Of a stretch of 64,000 bases of DNA, positions 46,563-55,999 are shown in pieces. The DNA comes from Alphaproteobacteria bacterium (lineage in GTDB: Bacteria; Pseudomonadota; Alphaproteobacteria; MPNO01), in contig OZ219866.1 of the NCBI GenBank assembly GCA_964291675.2, forward strand, positions 512,001-576,000, read 5' to 3'. Under the pieces are notes generated by a model. The model saw only the letters and a list, made by a program, of their open reading frames with translations. It was not told where the DNA came from and searched no databases. The first letter of the stretch is position 1, and each line of letters opens with the position of its first letter. The translations under genes were made by a program, and so were the position numbers.

Positions 46563-48143
46563 TCACCCCCCGCGCAGGCGGAAGCGCTGGATCTTGCCGG
46601 TCACCGTCTTGGGCAGCGTCTCGACGAAGTTGAACCAGCGCGGGTACTTGTAGCGGGCGAGCGCTTCCCGGCAATGCGCCTTCAGCTCGTCCTCCAGCGC
46701 GGCGCCGGCATCGCCCGCATCGTTGAGCACGACATTCGCCTCGGGCTTGATCAGCCCGTCCTCGTCGGGGCGGCCGACCACCGCGGCCTCCAGCACCTTG
46801 GGATGCTCGATCAGCCGGGCCTCGATCTCGAACGGCGAGCACCACAGCCCGCCCACCTTGATCATGTCGTCGCCGCGCCCGCAATTGACGAAATAGCCGT
46901 CCTCGTCCTGGTAGTACATGTCGCCGGTGTCGAGCCAGTCGTCGCCGAGCATGGTGGCGGCGGTCTTCTCGGGGTTGTTCCAGTAGAGCTTGGCCGCCGA
47001 CTCGCCCCGCACCAGCAGCGTGCCGATCTCGCCCCGGTCGACGTCCTTGCCGTCCTCGTCGACCAGGCGGACCTCGTAGCCCGGCACCGGGCGGCCGGAC
47101 GAGCCGGGCTTCCAGTCTTCCTCGGTGTTGGAGACGAAGATATGGAGCATCTCGGTCGAGCCGAGCCCGTCGAGGATCAGCGTCCCGGTCCGCTCCTTCC
47201 AGCGCAGCATCACGTCGCCCGGCAGCGCCTCGCCGGCCGAGATGCAGATGCGGATCGAGGCGAGGTCCGGGCTCGCCCCTTCCATCGCGTGGAGCTGCTG
47301 CGCATACATCGTCGGCACGCCGAAGAACACGGTCGGGCGCAGCGCCGCGATCTCCTCGAAGGTCATCTGCGGCGTCGGTCTCCGGCCGCTGAGCCCGATC
47401 GTCGCGCCGACCCAGAGCGGAAACGTCATCGCGTTGCCGAAGCCGTAGGAGTGGAACAGCTTGCTCACCGAGAACACCGTGTCGTCCTCGCGCAGCCCGG
47501 CGACGATGCGGCCGTAGCGCTCGCTGGTGCACACCATGTCGCGGTGGTGGTGCACGACGCCCTTGGGGTTCCCGGTCGAGCCCGAGGAGTAGAGCCAGAA
47601 ACAGTCGTCCATCGCCGTCGTCGGCGCCGGGTCGAGCTCGGCGGAGGCCGCTTCCGCCTTCTCCCGCAGCCCGCCTTCGCCGTCGACGAGCAGCACGACC
47701 GCAGGTTTCTTCCCGGCCGACTCCAGCCCGGCCTCGACCGCCTCGGCCCATTCGCGGCTGTAGACGATTCCGGCGCAGCCCGAATCCTCGATCAGGAACT
47801 CGTAGTCCTGCGGCCGCATCATGGTGTTCACCGGAACCGGCACGATCCCCGCCTTGACGGCGCCGAAGAAGCAGAAGACGAACTCGGGGCAGTCCTTGAC
47901 CACCATCAGCACGCGGTCGCCGGGGCGGATCCCCTCGCCGAGCAGGGCGTTGCCGGAGCGCGCGACCTGCTCGGCAAGCACCCGATAGCTGGTCTCGCCG
48001 TCCGCGGTGCGGATCGCGGTCTTGTCGCCGCGGCCTTCCTCGATATGCCGGTCGACGAACGGGACGGCGGCGTTGAAGACGTCGGAAAAGACCAGCCGCG
48101 ACGGCGTTGCGGCCTCATCGACCCGAACGGTGTTGTCCCTCAC
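46563..48143 (-). CDS. Benzoate-CoA ligase family protein
   Basis: FNAAVPFVDRH, FWLYSSGSTGNPKG, KLFHSYGFGN, DGLGSTEMLHIF, PGSSG.PVPGY, GRGDDMIKVGG, LPKTVTGKIQRF.LR. Confidence 0.9.
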   Translation of the reverse strand: MRDNTVRVDEAATPSRLVFSDVFNAAVPFVDRHIEEGRGDKTAIRTADGETSYRVLAEQVARSGNALLGEGIRPGDRVLMVVKDCPEFVFCFFGAVKAGIVPVPVNTMMRPQDYEFLIEDSGCAGIVYSREWAEAVEAGLESAGKKPAVVLLVDGEGGLREKAEAASAELDPAPTTAMDDCFWLYSSGSTGNPKGVVHHHRDMVCTSERYGRIVAGLREDDTVFSVSKLFHSYGFGNAMTFPLWVGATIGLSGRRPTPQMTFEEIAALRPTVFFGVPTMYAQQLHAMEGASPDLASIRICISAGEALPGDVMLRWKERTGTLILDGLGSTEMLHIFVSNTEEDWKPGSSGRPVPGYEVRLVDEDGKDVDRGEIGTLLVRGESAAKLYWNNPEKTAATMLGDDWLDTGDMYYQDEDGYFVNCGRGDDMIKVGGLWCSPFEIEARLIEHPKVLEAAVVGRPDEDGLIKPEANVVLNDAGDAGAALEDELKAHCREALARYKYPRWFNFVETLPKTVTGKIQRFRLRGG

Positions 48144-48401
48144 GTCTCCCTCCAGCGGCGGCTCGCCCAGCGTGCATCTTGGGTTCTTGCGCCGCGCCGG
48201 GCAAGCCGCGGAAACGGGGCCGCCGCGGCTTGACGCCGCAAGGCGAAATCGTATTGATAGGCCGCGAATCTACACCAAGTTCAGCGCGCGATTTGCCAGC
48301 GCCCTGCACTCTGGATCGCTGCCGCGCCTTGCCGCGCGGCGCCGGACCAGCCGAGCGGCGGCGGCCTGCGGCGGGACGGCCTCGACAGGAAGAACCAGGC
48401 G

Positions 48402-51380
48402 ATGAGTCAAGCACAGCAAAAATACGTCGGCCAGCCGATCGACCGGGTCGAGGACGCGGCGCTGCTGACCGGCAGCGCCATGTTCTCGGACCACCTGCCG
48501 ACCCGGACCGGAACGCTGCACGCCGCGATCCTGCGCTCGCCGCACGCCCATGCCGAGATCGCCTCGATCGACGTCTCCCGCGCCAAGGCGATGCCGGGCG
48601 TCGCCGACGTTCTGACGGGAGAGGATTTGAAGGAAATCTCCGATCCCTTCCTGATCGTCCTGCGCCAGCCGATCCTTCAATGGGCGCTCGCCGTCGGCAA
48701 GGTCCGCTATGTGGGCGAGCCGGTGGCCGTCGCCATCGCGACCGACCGGTACCGGGCCGAGGATGCGCTGTCCGCGGTGGAGGTCGCCTACAGGACGCTC
48801 GAGCCCGCCGTCGATCCGGAAGAAGCGGCGCAAGAGGGTGCGCCCCTGGTCCACGAGGACGTGGGATCGAACATCGTCTCGGTCCGCGACTTCGTCTACG
48901 GCGACCCGGACGCGGCGTTCGCGGAAGCCGACCGGACGGTGAAGCTCAAGGTCTCCTATCCGCGCAACTCGCACACCCCGATCGAGGGCTTCGTGGCGAC
49001 GGTCGACTACGACGCGGCGACCGGGTCCTTCGACGTCCAGTCCAATTTTCAGGGGCCGTACTCAACCCACACGGTGATCTCGAAGGCGCTGCGCGTCTCA
49101 AGCTCCAGGCTCAGGATGCGCACCCCCAACTTCTCCGGCGGCGGGTTCGGGGTGAAAGTCCAGGTCTTCCCCTATATCGTCCTGATGGGCGCGGCGTCCA
49201 GGATCGTCGGGCGCCCGGTGAAGTGGGTCGAGGACCGGCTCGAACACCTGTCCGGGGCGGCGGCGGCGCCCAACCGGGTGATCTCGATCGAGGCCGCGGT
49301 CGGGAACGACGGCACCATCGCCGGCTTCCGGTTCGACCAGCTCGACGACTACGGCGCCTTCCTGCGCGCGCCCATGCCGGGGCCGCTCTACCGCATGCAC
49401 GGCATCCTGACCGGCGCCTATGACGTCAAGAACCTGGCCGTCACCAACCGGCTGGTGCTGACCAACAAGTGCCCGTCCGGGATGATCCGCGGCTTCGGCG
49501 GACCGCAGATGTACTACGCCATCGAACGCCTGGTGCAGCGGATCGCGGTCGAGCTGGGGCTCGACCATTTCGAGGTGATCCGCAAGAACCTCGTCCCCGC
49601 CGGCGTCTTCCCCTACCGCGCGGCGGCCGGCGCTCTGCTCGATTCCGGCGACTATCCGGCGGCGCTGGAGAAGGCGGCCAACGAAGGCAGGCTGGAAGCG
49701 CTGAGAGAACGCCGCGACGAGGCGCGCGCGGAAGGCCGGCTCTACGGCATCGGCTACGCCGCGATCGTCGAGCCGGCGCAGTCCAATATGGGCTATCTCT
49801 CGAACATCCTGCCGCTGGAGGAGCGCCAGAAGAACCCCAAGGGCGGCGCGGTCTCCAACGCCACGGTCAATATCGACCCGCTGGGGACGGTCAACGTGAC
49901 CGCCGACTCGATCCCGCAGGGCCAGGGCCACATGACGGTGCTGTCGCAGATCGTCGCCGACAATCTGGGGCTCGAGCCGGGCGACATCCACGTCAACCTG
50001 GAGCACGACACGGCGAAGGATGCGTGGTCGATCGCAACCGGCAACTACTCCGCGCGCTTCACCTCGTCGACGGCGGTCGCCGCCGACCGCGCGGCCAAGA
50101 AGGCGCGCGCCAAGCTCGCCAGGATCGCCAGCCAGACCCTCAACGTGCCGGCGGACAAGCTCGAATTCGGCAACGGCAGGATCTACGCCGCCGACAACCC
50201 GGACAACGCGGTCAACCTCTACCGCGTGGCGGGATCGGCGCATTGGACCCCCGGCAACCTGCCCGACGACATGGAGCCCGGGATCCGCGAGATGGGATCC
50301 TGGTCGCCGCCCGAGCTGGAGCCGCCCAACGACAAGGACCAGATCAACTCCTCGCTCACCTACGGTTTCGTGTTCGATTTCTGCGGCGTCGAGATCGACC
50401 GCGACACCGGCGAGGTGAAGATCGACAAGTACGTGACGATGCACGATTCGGGCACGCTGCTGAATCCCAAGCTCGCCGAAGGGCAGGTGCACGGCGCCTT
50501 CGCCTGGGCGGTGGGCTGCGCGCTGCACGAGGAGTTCGCCTATGGCGAGGACGGCAGCTTCCTCAACGGCACCTTCGCCGACTACCTGGTGCCGACCGCC
50601 TGGGAGGTGCCGGAGCCCCAGGTCGTCCATATGGAGACGCCGTCGCTGGTCACCCCGCTGGGCGCCAAGGGGGTGGGCGAGGGCAACTGCATGTCCACGC
50701 CCGTCTGCATCGCCAACGCGGTATGCGACGCGCTGGGGATCGACAACGTCACCCTGCCTCTCACCCCCAACAAGGTCGCCGGCCTGATCCACGGCGAGGA
50801 ACGGCCGCCGCCCGACGGTCCCGAGGCCCCTTCGGCCGCGCGGGAGGCGGCGGGGAATGTCATCGCGGGAAGCGGCGATGGGTTCGTGCCGTCCCCGCCC
50901 GAGGAGGTGTGGGCGGCGCTGCTCGATCCGGAAAAGCTCGCCGCGGTCATCCCGGGCTGCCTCGCCCTGGACCGGGTGGACGAGAACGACTACCGCGCCG
51001 AGGTGTCGATCGGCGCAGGCCCGGTCAAGGGCCGCTTCAGGGCGAATGTCAGGTTGAGCGACCTGGATCCGCCCAGGGCGGCGACGCTCACGGGCGCGCT
51101 GACCGGGATGCTCGGGCTCTCGCAAGGCAGCGGGCGGGTGACCCTCGCGCCGAAGGACGGCGGCACGGCGCTCGCCTACGATTACCGGATCGAGGTCTCG
51201 GGCACCGTGGCGGCGGTCGGCGGGCGCATGCTCGAAGGCGCCGCCCGGGCGCTGGTGCGGCAGTTCTTCGACCGCCTCGCCTCGGTGCTGGGCGGCGGGG
51301 CGGCCGAGGCTGCGGCGGCGGACGCGGACGCGGCCTCCTGGTGGCGGCGCCTGCTGGCGGCGCTCGGGATCGGCCGATGA
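48402..51380 (+). CDS. Xanthine-oxidase-family molybdopterin subunit fused to C-terminal CoxG/SRPBCC domain (2-furoyl-CoA dehydrogenase HmfA-like)
   Basis: LRSPHAHA, GGGFGVK, RPVKWVEDR, IRGFGGPQ, QGQGH.T, GAKGVGEG, then VWAALLDPE.L..VIPGC...GRMLEGAAR. Confidence 0.88.
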   Translation: MSQAQQKYVGQPIDRVEDAALLTGSAMFSDHLPTRTGTLHAAILRSPHAHAEIASIDVSRAKAMPGVADVLTGEDLKEISDPFLIVLRQPILQWALAVGKVRYVGEPVAVAIATDRYRAEDALSAVEVAYRTLEPAVDPEEAAQEGAPLVHEDVGSNIVSVRDFVYGDPDAAFAEADRTVKLKVSYPRNSHTPIEGFVATVDYDAATGSFDVQSNFQGPYSTHTVISKALRVSSSRLRMRTPNFSGGGFGVKVQVFPYIVLMGAASRIVGRPVKWVEDRLEHLSGAAAAPNRVISIEAAVGNDGTIAGFRFDQLDDYGAFLRAPMPGPLYRMHGILTGAYDVKNLAVTNRLVLTNKCPSGMIRGFGGPQMYYAIERLVQRIAVELGLDHFEVIRKNLVPAGVFPYRAAAGALLDSGDYPAALEKAANEGRLEALRERRDEARAEGRLYGIGYAAIVEPAQSNMGYLSNILPLEERQKNPKGGAVSNATVNIDPLGTVNVTADSIPQGQGHMTVLSQIVADNLGLEPGDIHVNLEHDTAKDAWSIATGNYSARFTSSTAVAADRAAKKARAKLARIASQTLNVPADKLEFGNGRIYAADNPDNAVNLYRVAGSAHWTPGNLPDDMEPGIREMGSWSPPELEPPNDKDQINSSLTYGFVFDFCGVEIDRDTGEVKIDKYVTMHDSGTLLNPKLAEGQVHGAFAWAVGCALHEEFAYGEDGSFLNGTFADYLVPTAWEVPEPQVVHMETPSLVTPLGAKGVGEGNCMSTPVCIANAVCDALGIDNVTLPLTPNKVAGLIHGEERPPPDGPEAPSAAREAAGNVIAGSGDGFVPSPPEEVWAALLDPEKLAAVIPGCLALDRVDENDYRAEVSIGAGPVKGRFRANVRLSDLDPPRAATLTGALTGMLGLSQGSGRVTLAPKDGGTALAYDYRIEVSGTVAAVGGRMLEGAARALVRQFFDRLASVLGGGAAEAAAADADAASWWRRLLAALGIGR

Positions 51381-52204
51381 AGCCGAGCCCGTTCGACTAC
51401 ATCCGCGCGGCCTCCGCCGAGGAAGCGCTCGACGGCCTGGCCAGCCATGGCGAAGACGCCCGCATCCTCGCCGGCGGGCTGTCGCTGGTGCCGATGCTCA
51501 ACTTCCGCCTGGTCGAACCGGCCATGCTGATCGACATCTCCGGCATCGCGGCGCTCGACTACATCCGCCTCGACGACGGCGCGGTGGAGATCGGCGCGTC
51601 GACCCGCCAGAGCGCGCTCGAGCGCTGGGACGGGACCGCCGGGAGCCTGCCGCTGGTGCATGCGGCGTTCCCGCATATCGGCCATTACCAGACCCGCAGC
51701 CGGGGAACCGTGTGCGGCTCGGTCGCCCATTCCGATCCGAGCTCGGAGCTGCCGCTCTGCCTGGCGACGCTGGGCGGCGAGGTGGTGCTGCGCTCGACCG
51801 CCGGCGAGCGCTGCGTCGCCGCCGGGGACTTCCAGACCGGCATGCTGACCACGGCGAAGCGCGACGACGAGATGGTGGCGGCGGTGCGCTTTCCGGTGGC
51901 GGAGCCGGGAAGCGGCTACGCGTTTGCCGAGATGGCGCAGCGGCGCGGCGACTTCGCCATCGTGGCGCTCGCCGCCTCGGCCTCCGGCGAGCGGGTCCGG
52001 CTCGGTGTCGGCGGCGTCGCCGACCGCCCGGCGGTGCGCGAATGGGACGGGCTCGGGGGCAGCGCGCTCGACGACGCGCTGAACGCCTTCGCCTGGGAGC
52101 TCGGCGGCTATGACGACGTGCACGCGACCGCGCGCTACCGCCGCGAGCTGGTCCGCCGGCTGGGCAGGAGAGTCATCGAGGAGGCCAGGTCATGCCGCAG
52201 TTGA
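51377..52204 (+). CDS. Molybdenum hydroxylase FAD-binding subunit
   Basis: MKPSPFDY, LAGGLSLVPMLNFRL, HIGHYQTRSRGTVCGS.AH.DP, RRGDFAI. Confidence 0.92.
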   Translation: MKPSPFDYIRAASAEEALDGLASHGEDARILAGGLSLVPMLNFRLVEPAMLIDISGIAALDYIRLDDGAVEIGASTRQSALERWDGTAGSLPLVHAAFPHIGHYQTRSRGTVCGSVAHSDPSSELPLCLATLGGEVVLRSTAGERCVAAGDFQTGMLTTAKRDDEMVAAVRFPVAEPGSGYAFAEMAQRRGDFAIVALAASASGERVRLGVGGVADRPAVREWDGLGGSALDDALNAFAWELGGYDDVHATARYRRELVRRLGRRVIEEARSCRS

Positions 52205-52683
52205 ACCGGGATACGCGGCACGCGGTCTCCTTCGCCCTCAACGGCAAGCAGGCCCAGGGCCACGCCGAGCCGCGCATGCTGCTGTCGGACTTCCTGGTCC
52301 ACGAGCTCGGCCTGACCAGCGTCCATGTCGGCTGCGAGCACGGTGTCTGCGGCGCCTGCACGGTGCGCGTCGACGGGGCGGTGAGCCGGGCCTGCCTCAC
52401 CTTCGCGGTGCAGGTCGACGGCAGGCGGGTCGACACCGTGGAAAGCCTCAGCCCCGAATCCGGGGGCCTCAACGACCTCCAGCAATCCTTCCGGCGGAAC
52501 CACGGGCTGCAATGCGGGTACTGCACGCCGGGGATCCTGATGTCGCTCGCCGCCTATCTGGAAGAGAACCCGAAGCCGAGCGAGGACGAGCTGCGCGACA
52601 TGCTGAGCGGCCATCTCTGCCGCTGCACCGGCTATGTCAACATCGTCCGCGCGGTGATGGAGCATGTCGGCAACTCGCCATAG
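52192..52683 (+). CDS. Molybdenum hydroxylase [2Fe-2S] subunit
   Basis: GCEHGVCGACTV, CL, QCGYCTPG, HLCRCTGY. Confidence 0.93.
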   Translation: MPQLNRDTRHAVSFALNGKQAQGHAEPRMLLSDFLVHELGLTSVHVGCEHGVCGACTVRVDGAVSRACLTFAVQVDGRRVDTVESLSPESGGLNDLQQSFRRNHGLQCGYCTPGILMSLAAYLEENPKPSEDELRDMLSGHLCRCTGYVNIVRAVMEHVGNSP

Positions 52684-52698
52684 AACCGGGCGGCGGCC

Positions 52699-54198
52699 GT
52701 GACCGGCGGAGCGCTGCCGACCGCGATCGAGGATCGGGCGGCCTATCGCAGCGCCGTCCGCCATCTGCGCGATGCGCGGGTGGTGCTGCCGACCTTCGCG
52801 GAACTCGCCGACCCGGCGTCGATCCCGGCCGATATCGCGTCCCGGACCGCTTGCGTCGACCGCGACGCGGCCGATCCCCGCAACCTGTTCCGCGTCCACT
52901 GGTTCAACGACATCGAGACCGGCGGCATCCGGGCGGTGCCGCCGCATGTGGTGCTGCCCCGGTCGCTGACCGGCGTCGACGCGCCGATCGCGGTCGCGCT
53001 CGGCAACAGCTTCCCGATGATCGGCGCGCACAAGGTGCTCGCCGCCTATGCCTGCCTGGTCTGGCGGCTGGTCACCGGCCGCTTCGACCCGGCCCGCCAC
53101 AAGGCGGTGTGGCCGTCGACCGGCAATTACTGCCGGGGCGGGGTCGCGATCTCGCGCATCATGGGGGTGCGCGGCGTGGCCGTGCTGCCCGAAGGGATGA
53201 GCGCCGAGCGGTTCGACTGGCTGCGGCAATGGATCGAGCACCCGGACGACATCGTCCGCACCCCGGGCTCGGAGAGCAACGTCAAGGAGATCTACGACGC
53301 CTGCGACGAGTTGGAGCGCGACCCGGCCAACGCGATCCTCAACCAGTTCTCCGAGTTCGCCAACTATCTCGGCCATTACCGCTGCACGGGGCCGGCGCTG
53401 GAGGCGGTCCATGCGCATCTCCGCCGGGGCAACCCCGATCTCTCGCTCGCCGCCTTCGTCGCCGGCACCGGTTCGGGCGGCACGCTCGGCGCGGGGGACC
53501 ATCTGAAGGCGGCGCTGGGCGCGCGGATCGTTGCCGTCGAGCCGCTCGAATGCCCGACCATGCTCTATAACGGCTATGGCGCGCACAACATCCAGGGGAT
53601 CGGCGACAAGCACATCCCGCTGATCCAGAACGCGATGAACACCGACGCCGTGGTCGGCGTCTCGGACCGCAGCTGCGACCGGCTGAACGCGCTGTTCAAC
53701 ACCGAGGCGGGGCGCGCCCATCTCGCCGGGCGATGCGGCGTCGACGCGGGAATCGTCGCCGGGCTCGCGGATTTCGGCCTGTCGTCGATCGCCAATTTGC
53801 TGGCGTCGATAAAGTTCGCCAAGCGCTTCGGCCTCGGAGCGAACGACCTGATCGTGACGGTCGCGACCGACGGGGCCTCGATGTACGACAGCGAACGGGC
53901 AAAGACGGTCGATGCCGAGTTCGCGGGCGCGTATGACGAAGTCGCGGCGGCGGAGACGTTCGGCCGGGACCTCGCCGCGATCGGCACCGACCACGTGCTG
54001 GAAACCGGCTGGGCGGAGCGCACGCGCATCTTCAATCTCGGCTATTTTACCTGGGTCGAGCAGCGCGGCGTGGACCTCGCGGCGTTCGACGAACGCCGCG
54101 ACCAGGGGTTCTGGACCGGGCTCCACGACGTGCTGCCGCTGTGGGACGAGGCGATCCGGGCGTTCAACGCCGAGACCGGCGTCAACCGGCCGGGCTGA
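52699..54198 (+). CDS. PLP-dependent fold-type II enzyme (cysteine synthase/TrpB-like superfamily)
   Basis: GAHKV (candidate PLP lysine), [39 protein letters not shown]. Confidence 0.85.
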   Translation: MTGGALPTAIEDRAAYRSAVRHLRDARVVLPTFAELADPASIPADIASRTACVDRDAADPRNLFRVHWFNDIETGGIRAVPPHVVLPRSLTGVDAPIAVALGNSFPMIGAHKVLAAYACLVWRLVTGRFDPARHKAVWPSTGNYCRGGVAISRIMGVRGVAVLPEGMSAERFDWLRQWIEHPDDIVRTPGSESNVKEIYDACDELERDPANAILNQFSEFANYLGHYRCTGPALEAVHAHLRRGNPDLSLAAFVAGTGSGGTLGAGDHLKAALGARIVAVEPLECPTMLYNGYGAHNIQGIGDKHIPLIQNAMNTDAVVGVSDRSCDRLNALFNTEAGRAHLAGRCGVDAGIVAGLADFGLSSIANLLASIKFAKRFGLGANDLIVTVATDGASMYDSERAKTVDAEFAGAYDEVAAAETFGRDLAAIGTDHVLETGWAERTRIFNLGYFTWVEQRGVDLAAFDERRDQGFWTGLHDVLPLWDEAIRAFNAETGVNRPG

Positions 54199-54210
54199 GG
54201 AGGGGACGAC

Positions 54211-55164
54211 GTGACCAAGCCCTATGCCGATCTCAGGCGCGAGACCGAGGCGCGGGACCGCAGCCTGCGCGAGAAGGTGATGTCGCTGGAAGAGGCGGCG
54301 GCGCTGGTCAAGGACGGCGATCACGTCGCGCTCGGCGGCTGCACGCTGTCGCGCACGCCGATGGCGATGGTCTGGGCGCTGATCCGGGCGCGCCGGAAGG
54401 ACCTCGTGGTCTCGCGCAGCATCACCTCGACCGAGGGCGACCTGTTCTACGGCTCGGGCGCCAGCAGGCACGTGCTGACGAGCTGGTTCTCCCAGGGCAT
54501 CGTCTGGGGCGTCTCCAAGGTGATGCGCCATTTCACGGAGACCGGACAGGCGGTGTTCGAGGAGTGGAGCCACATGGCGATCGGCGTGCGCTACCGCGCC
54601 GGCGCGATGGGGGTGCCGTTCATCCCGGTGCGCAGCATGCTGGGCTCGGACCTCACCGGGCGGATCGACGGGCCTAAGGAGATGGACTGCCCGTTCACCG
54701 GGGACCGGCTGCTGCTGGTGCCCGCGCTCAACCCCGATGTCGCGCTGATCCACGTCCAGCGCTGCGACGAATACGGCAACGCGCAGATGGACGGGCTGCC
54801 CTTCATGGACGCCGATATCGCGATGGCGGCCAACCGGGTCATCCTGACCACCGAGCGCATCGTCTCCAACAGCCAGATCCGCCGCGCCCCCGACCGCACG
54901 CGGATCCCGTTCATCACCGTCGATGCGGTGGTCGAGGCGCCCTATGGCTGCGCGCCGCATGAATGCTACGGGGTGTACGAGCCGTTCCTCCCCAATCTCG
55001 ACTCCTATGCGGCGCAGATCGGCCGTGACCCCGAGGCCGGGGTGAAGGAATATCTTGAGCGCTACGTCTACCAACCCAAGGACTGGGTCGCCTATCTCGA
55101 TCTCCTGGGCATGGACAACGTGATCGACGCGGCCCGGCGCGGCAGGAGCGTCTACAATGACTGA
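54211..55164 (+). CDS. Family I CoA-transferase subunit A (glutaconate CoA-transferase-like)
   Basis: KVMSLEEAAALVKDGD, FEEWSH, RAGAMGVPF.P.RS.LGSD, VPALNPDVA.IHVQRCD.YGN. Confidence 0.9.
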   Translation: MTKPYADLRRETEARDRSLREKVMSLEEAAALVKDGDHVALGGCTLSRTPMAMVWALIRARRKDLVVSRSITSTEGDLFYGSGASRHVLTSWFSQGIVWGVSKVMRHFTETGQAVFEEWSHMAIGVRYRAGAMGVPFIPVRSMLGSDLTGRIDGPKEMDCPFTGDRLLLVPALNPDVALIHVQRCDEYGNAQMDGLPFMDADIAMAANRVILTTERIVSNSQIRRAPDRTRIPFITVDAVVEAPYGCAPHECYGVYEPFLPNLDSYAAQIGRDPEAGVKEYLERYVYQPKDWVAYLDLLGMDNVIDAARRGRSVYND

Positions 55165-55963
55165 CCACGGGACTGACCACGGGACTGACCACGGGACTGA
55201 CAACGGATCGCACAGCGCGTCCGAACTCCTCGCGGTGATGAGCAGCCGGTCGCTGGAGGACGGGCAGACCGTCTTCGCCGGCGTCGGAATCCCCCTGCTT
55301 GCCGCGACGCTGGCCCAGCGCACCCACGCGCCGGGGCTCACCATCCTGTTCGAGGGCGGGGTGCTCGGGCCGTTCATCGTCCCGGGCGAGCTCCCGCCCT
55401 CGACCAACGAGCAGCGCTGCACGCGCCAGGCCAACATGGTGCTGTCGAACACCGACGTGCTGCTGCTGCTGCAGCGGGGCTATGTCGATATCGGGTTCAT
55501 GGGCGGCGCGCAGATCGACCAGTACGGCAATCTCAACAGCTCGTTCATCGGCGACGCCGCGAGCCCGAAGATCCGCCTGCCGGGGACCGGCGGCGGCAAC
55601 GACATCGCGAGCCTGACGCGAATGATCGTGTCGATGATCCACGAGAAGCGGCGCTTCGTGGAGCGAGTCGACTTCGTCACCTCGACCGGCTACTGGCACG
55701 GCGGCACCACGCGCAGCGATTCCGGGCTGACCACGGGCGGGCCCTACCGGGTGATCACCGACCTCGCCGTGCTCGGCTTCGACCCGGACACCAGGCGGAT
55801 GAAGGTCGAGGCGCTGCATGACGGCGTGAAGCCGGAACAGGTGCAGGACGCGACCGGGTTCGAGCTGCTGTTCGACGACGAGGTCGGAACGACCGAGCCG
55901 CCCACCGCAGACGAGCTGGCGGTGCTGCGCGAGATGGACCCGGACCGGGTCTATATCGCCTGA
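55157..55963 (+). CDS. Family I CoA-transferase subunit B
   Basis: FAGVGIP, ILFEGG (catalytic Glu), GFMGGAQIDQYGNLNSS, RLPGTGGGND. Confidence 0.9.
   Translation: MTDHGTDHGTDHGTDNGSHSASELLAVMSSRSLEDGQTVFAGVGIPLLAATLAQRTHAPGLTILFEGGVLGPFIVPGELPPSTNEQRCTRQANMVLSNTDVLLLLQRGYVDIGFMGGAQIDQYGNLNSSFIGDAASPKIRLPGTGGGNDIASLTRMIVSMIHEKRRFVERVDFVTSTGYWHGGTTRSDSGLTTGGPYRVITDLAVLGFDPDTRRMKVEALHDGVKPEQVQDATGFELLFDDEVGTTEPPTADELAVLREMDPDRVYIA
55159..55206 (+). repeat. 12-bp tandem repeat, four copies (GACTGACCACGG)
   Basis: Three exact copies plus GACTGACAACGG; encodes TDHG-TDHG-TDHG-TDNG at the N-terminus of subunit B. Confidence 0.9.
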
Positions 55964-55999
55964 GCCGCGCGCGCGGCGAACCGGAGAACGGGGGAACAC

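Noticed and set aside
48402-52683. Aerobic CO dehydrogenase (coxLMS with coxG)
   Set aside because: The active-site loop reads GMIRGFG, not the form I AYxCSFR, and gene order is large-FAD-FeS.
55159-55206. Tandem repeat as a CRISPR array
   Set aside because: The units are 12 bp with no spacers, lie inside a CDS, and no cas genes are present.
54211-55963. CoA transferase as the succinyl-CoA:phthalate CoA transferase
   Set aside because: It is a family I (GctAB-like) enzyme, whereas the known phthalate transferase is family III, and it lies in a different operon.
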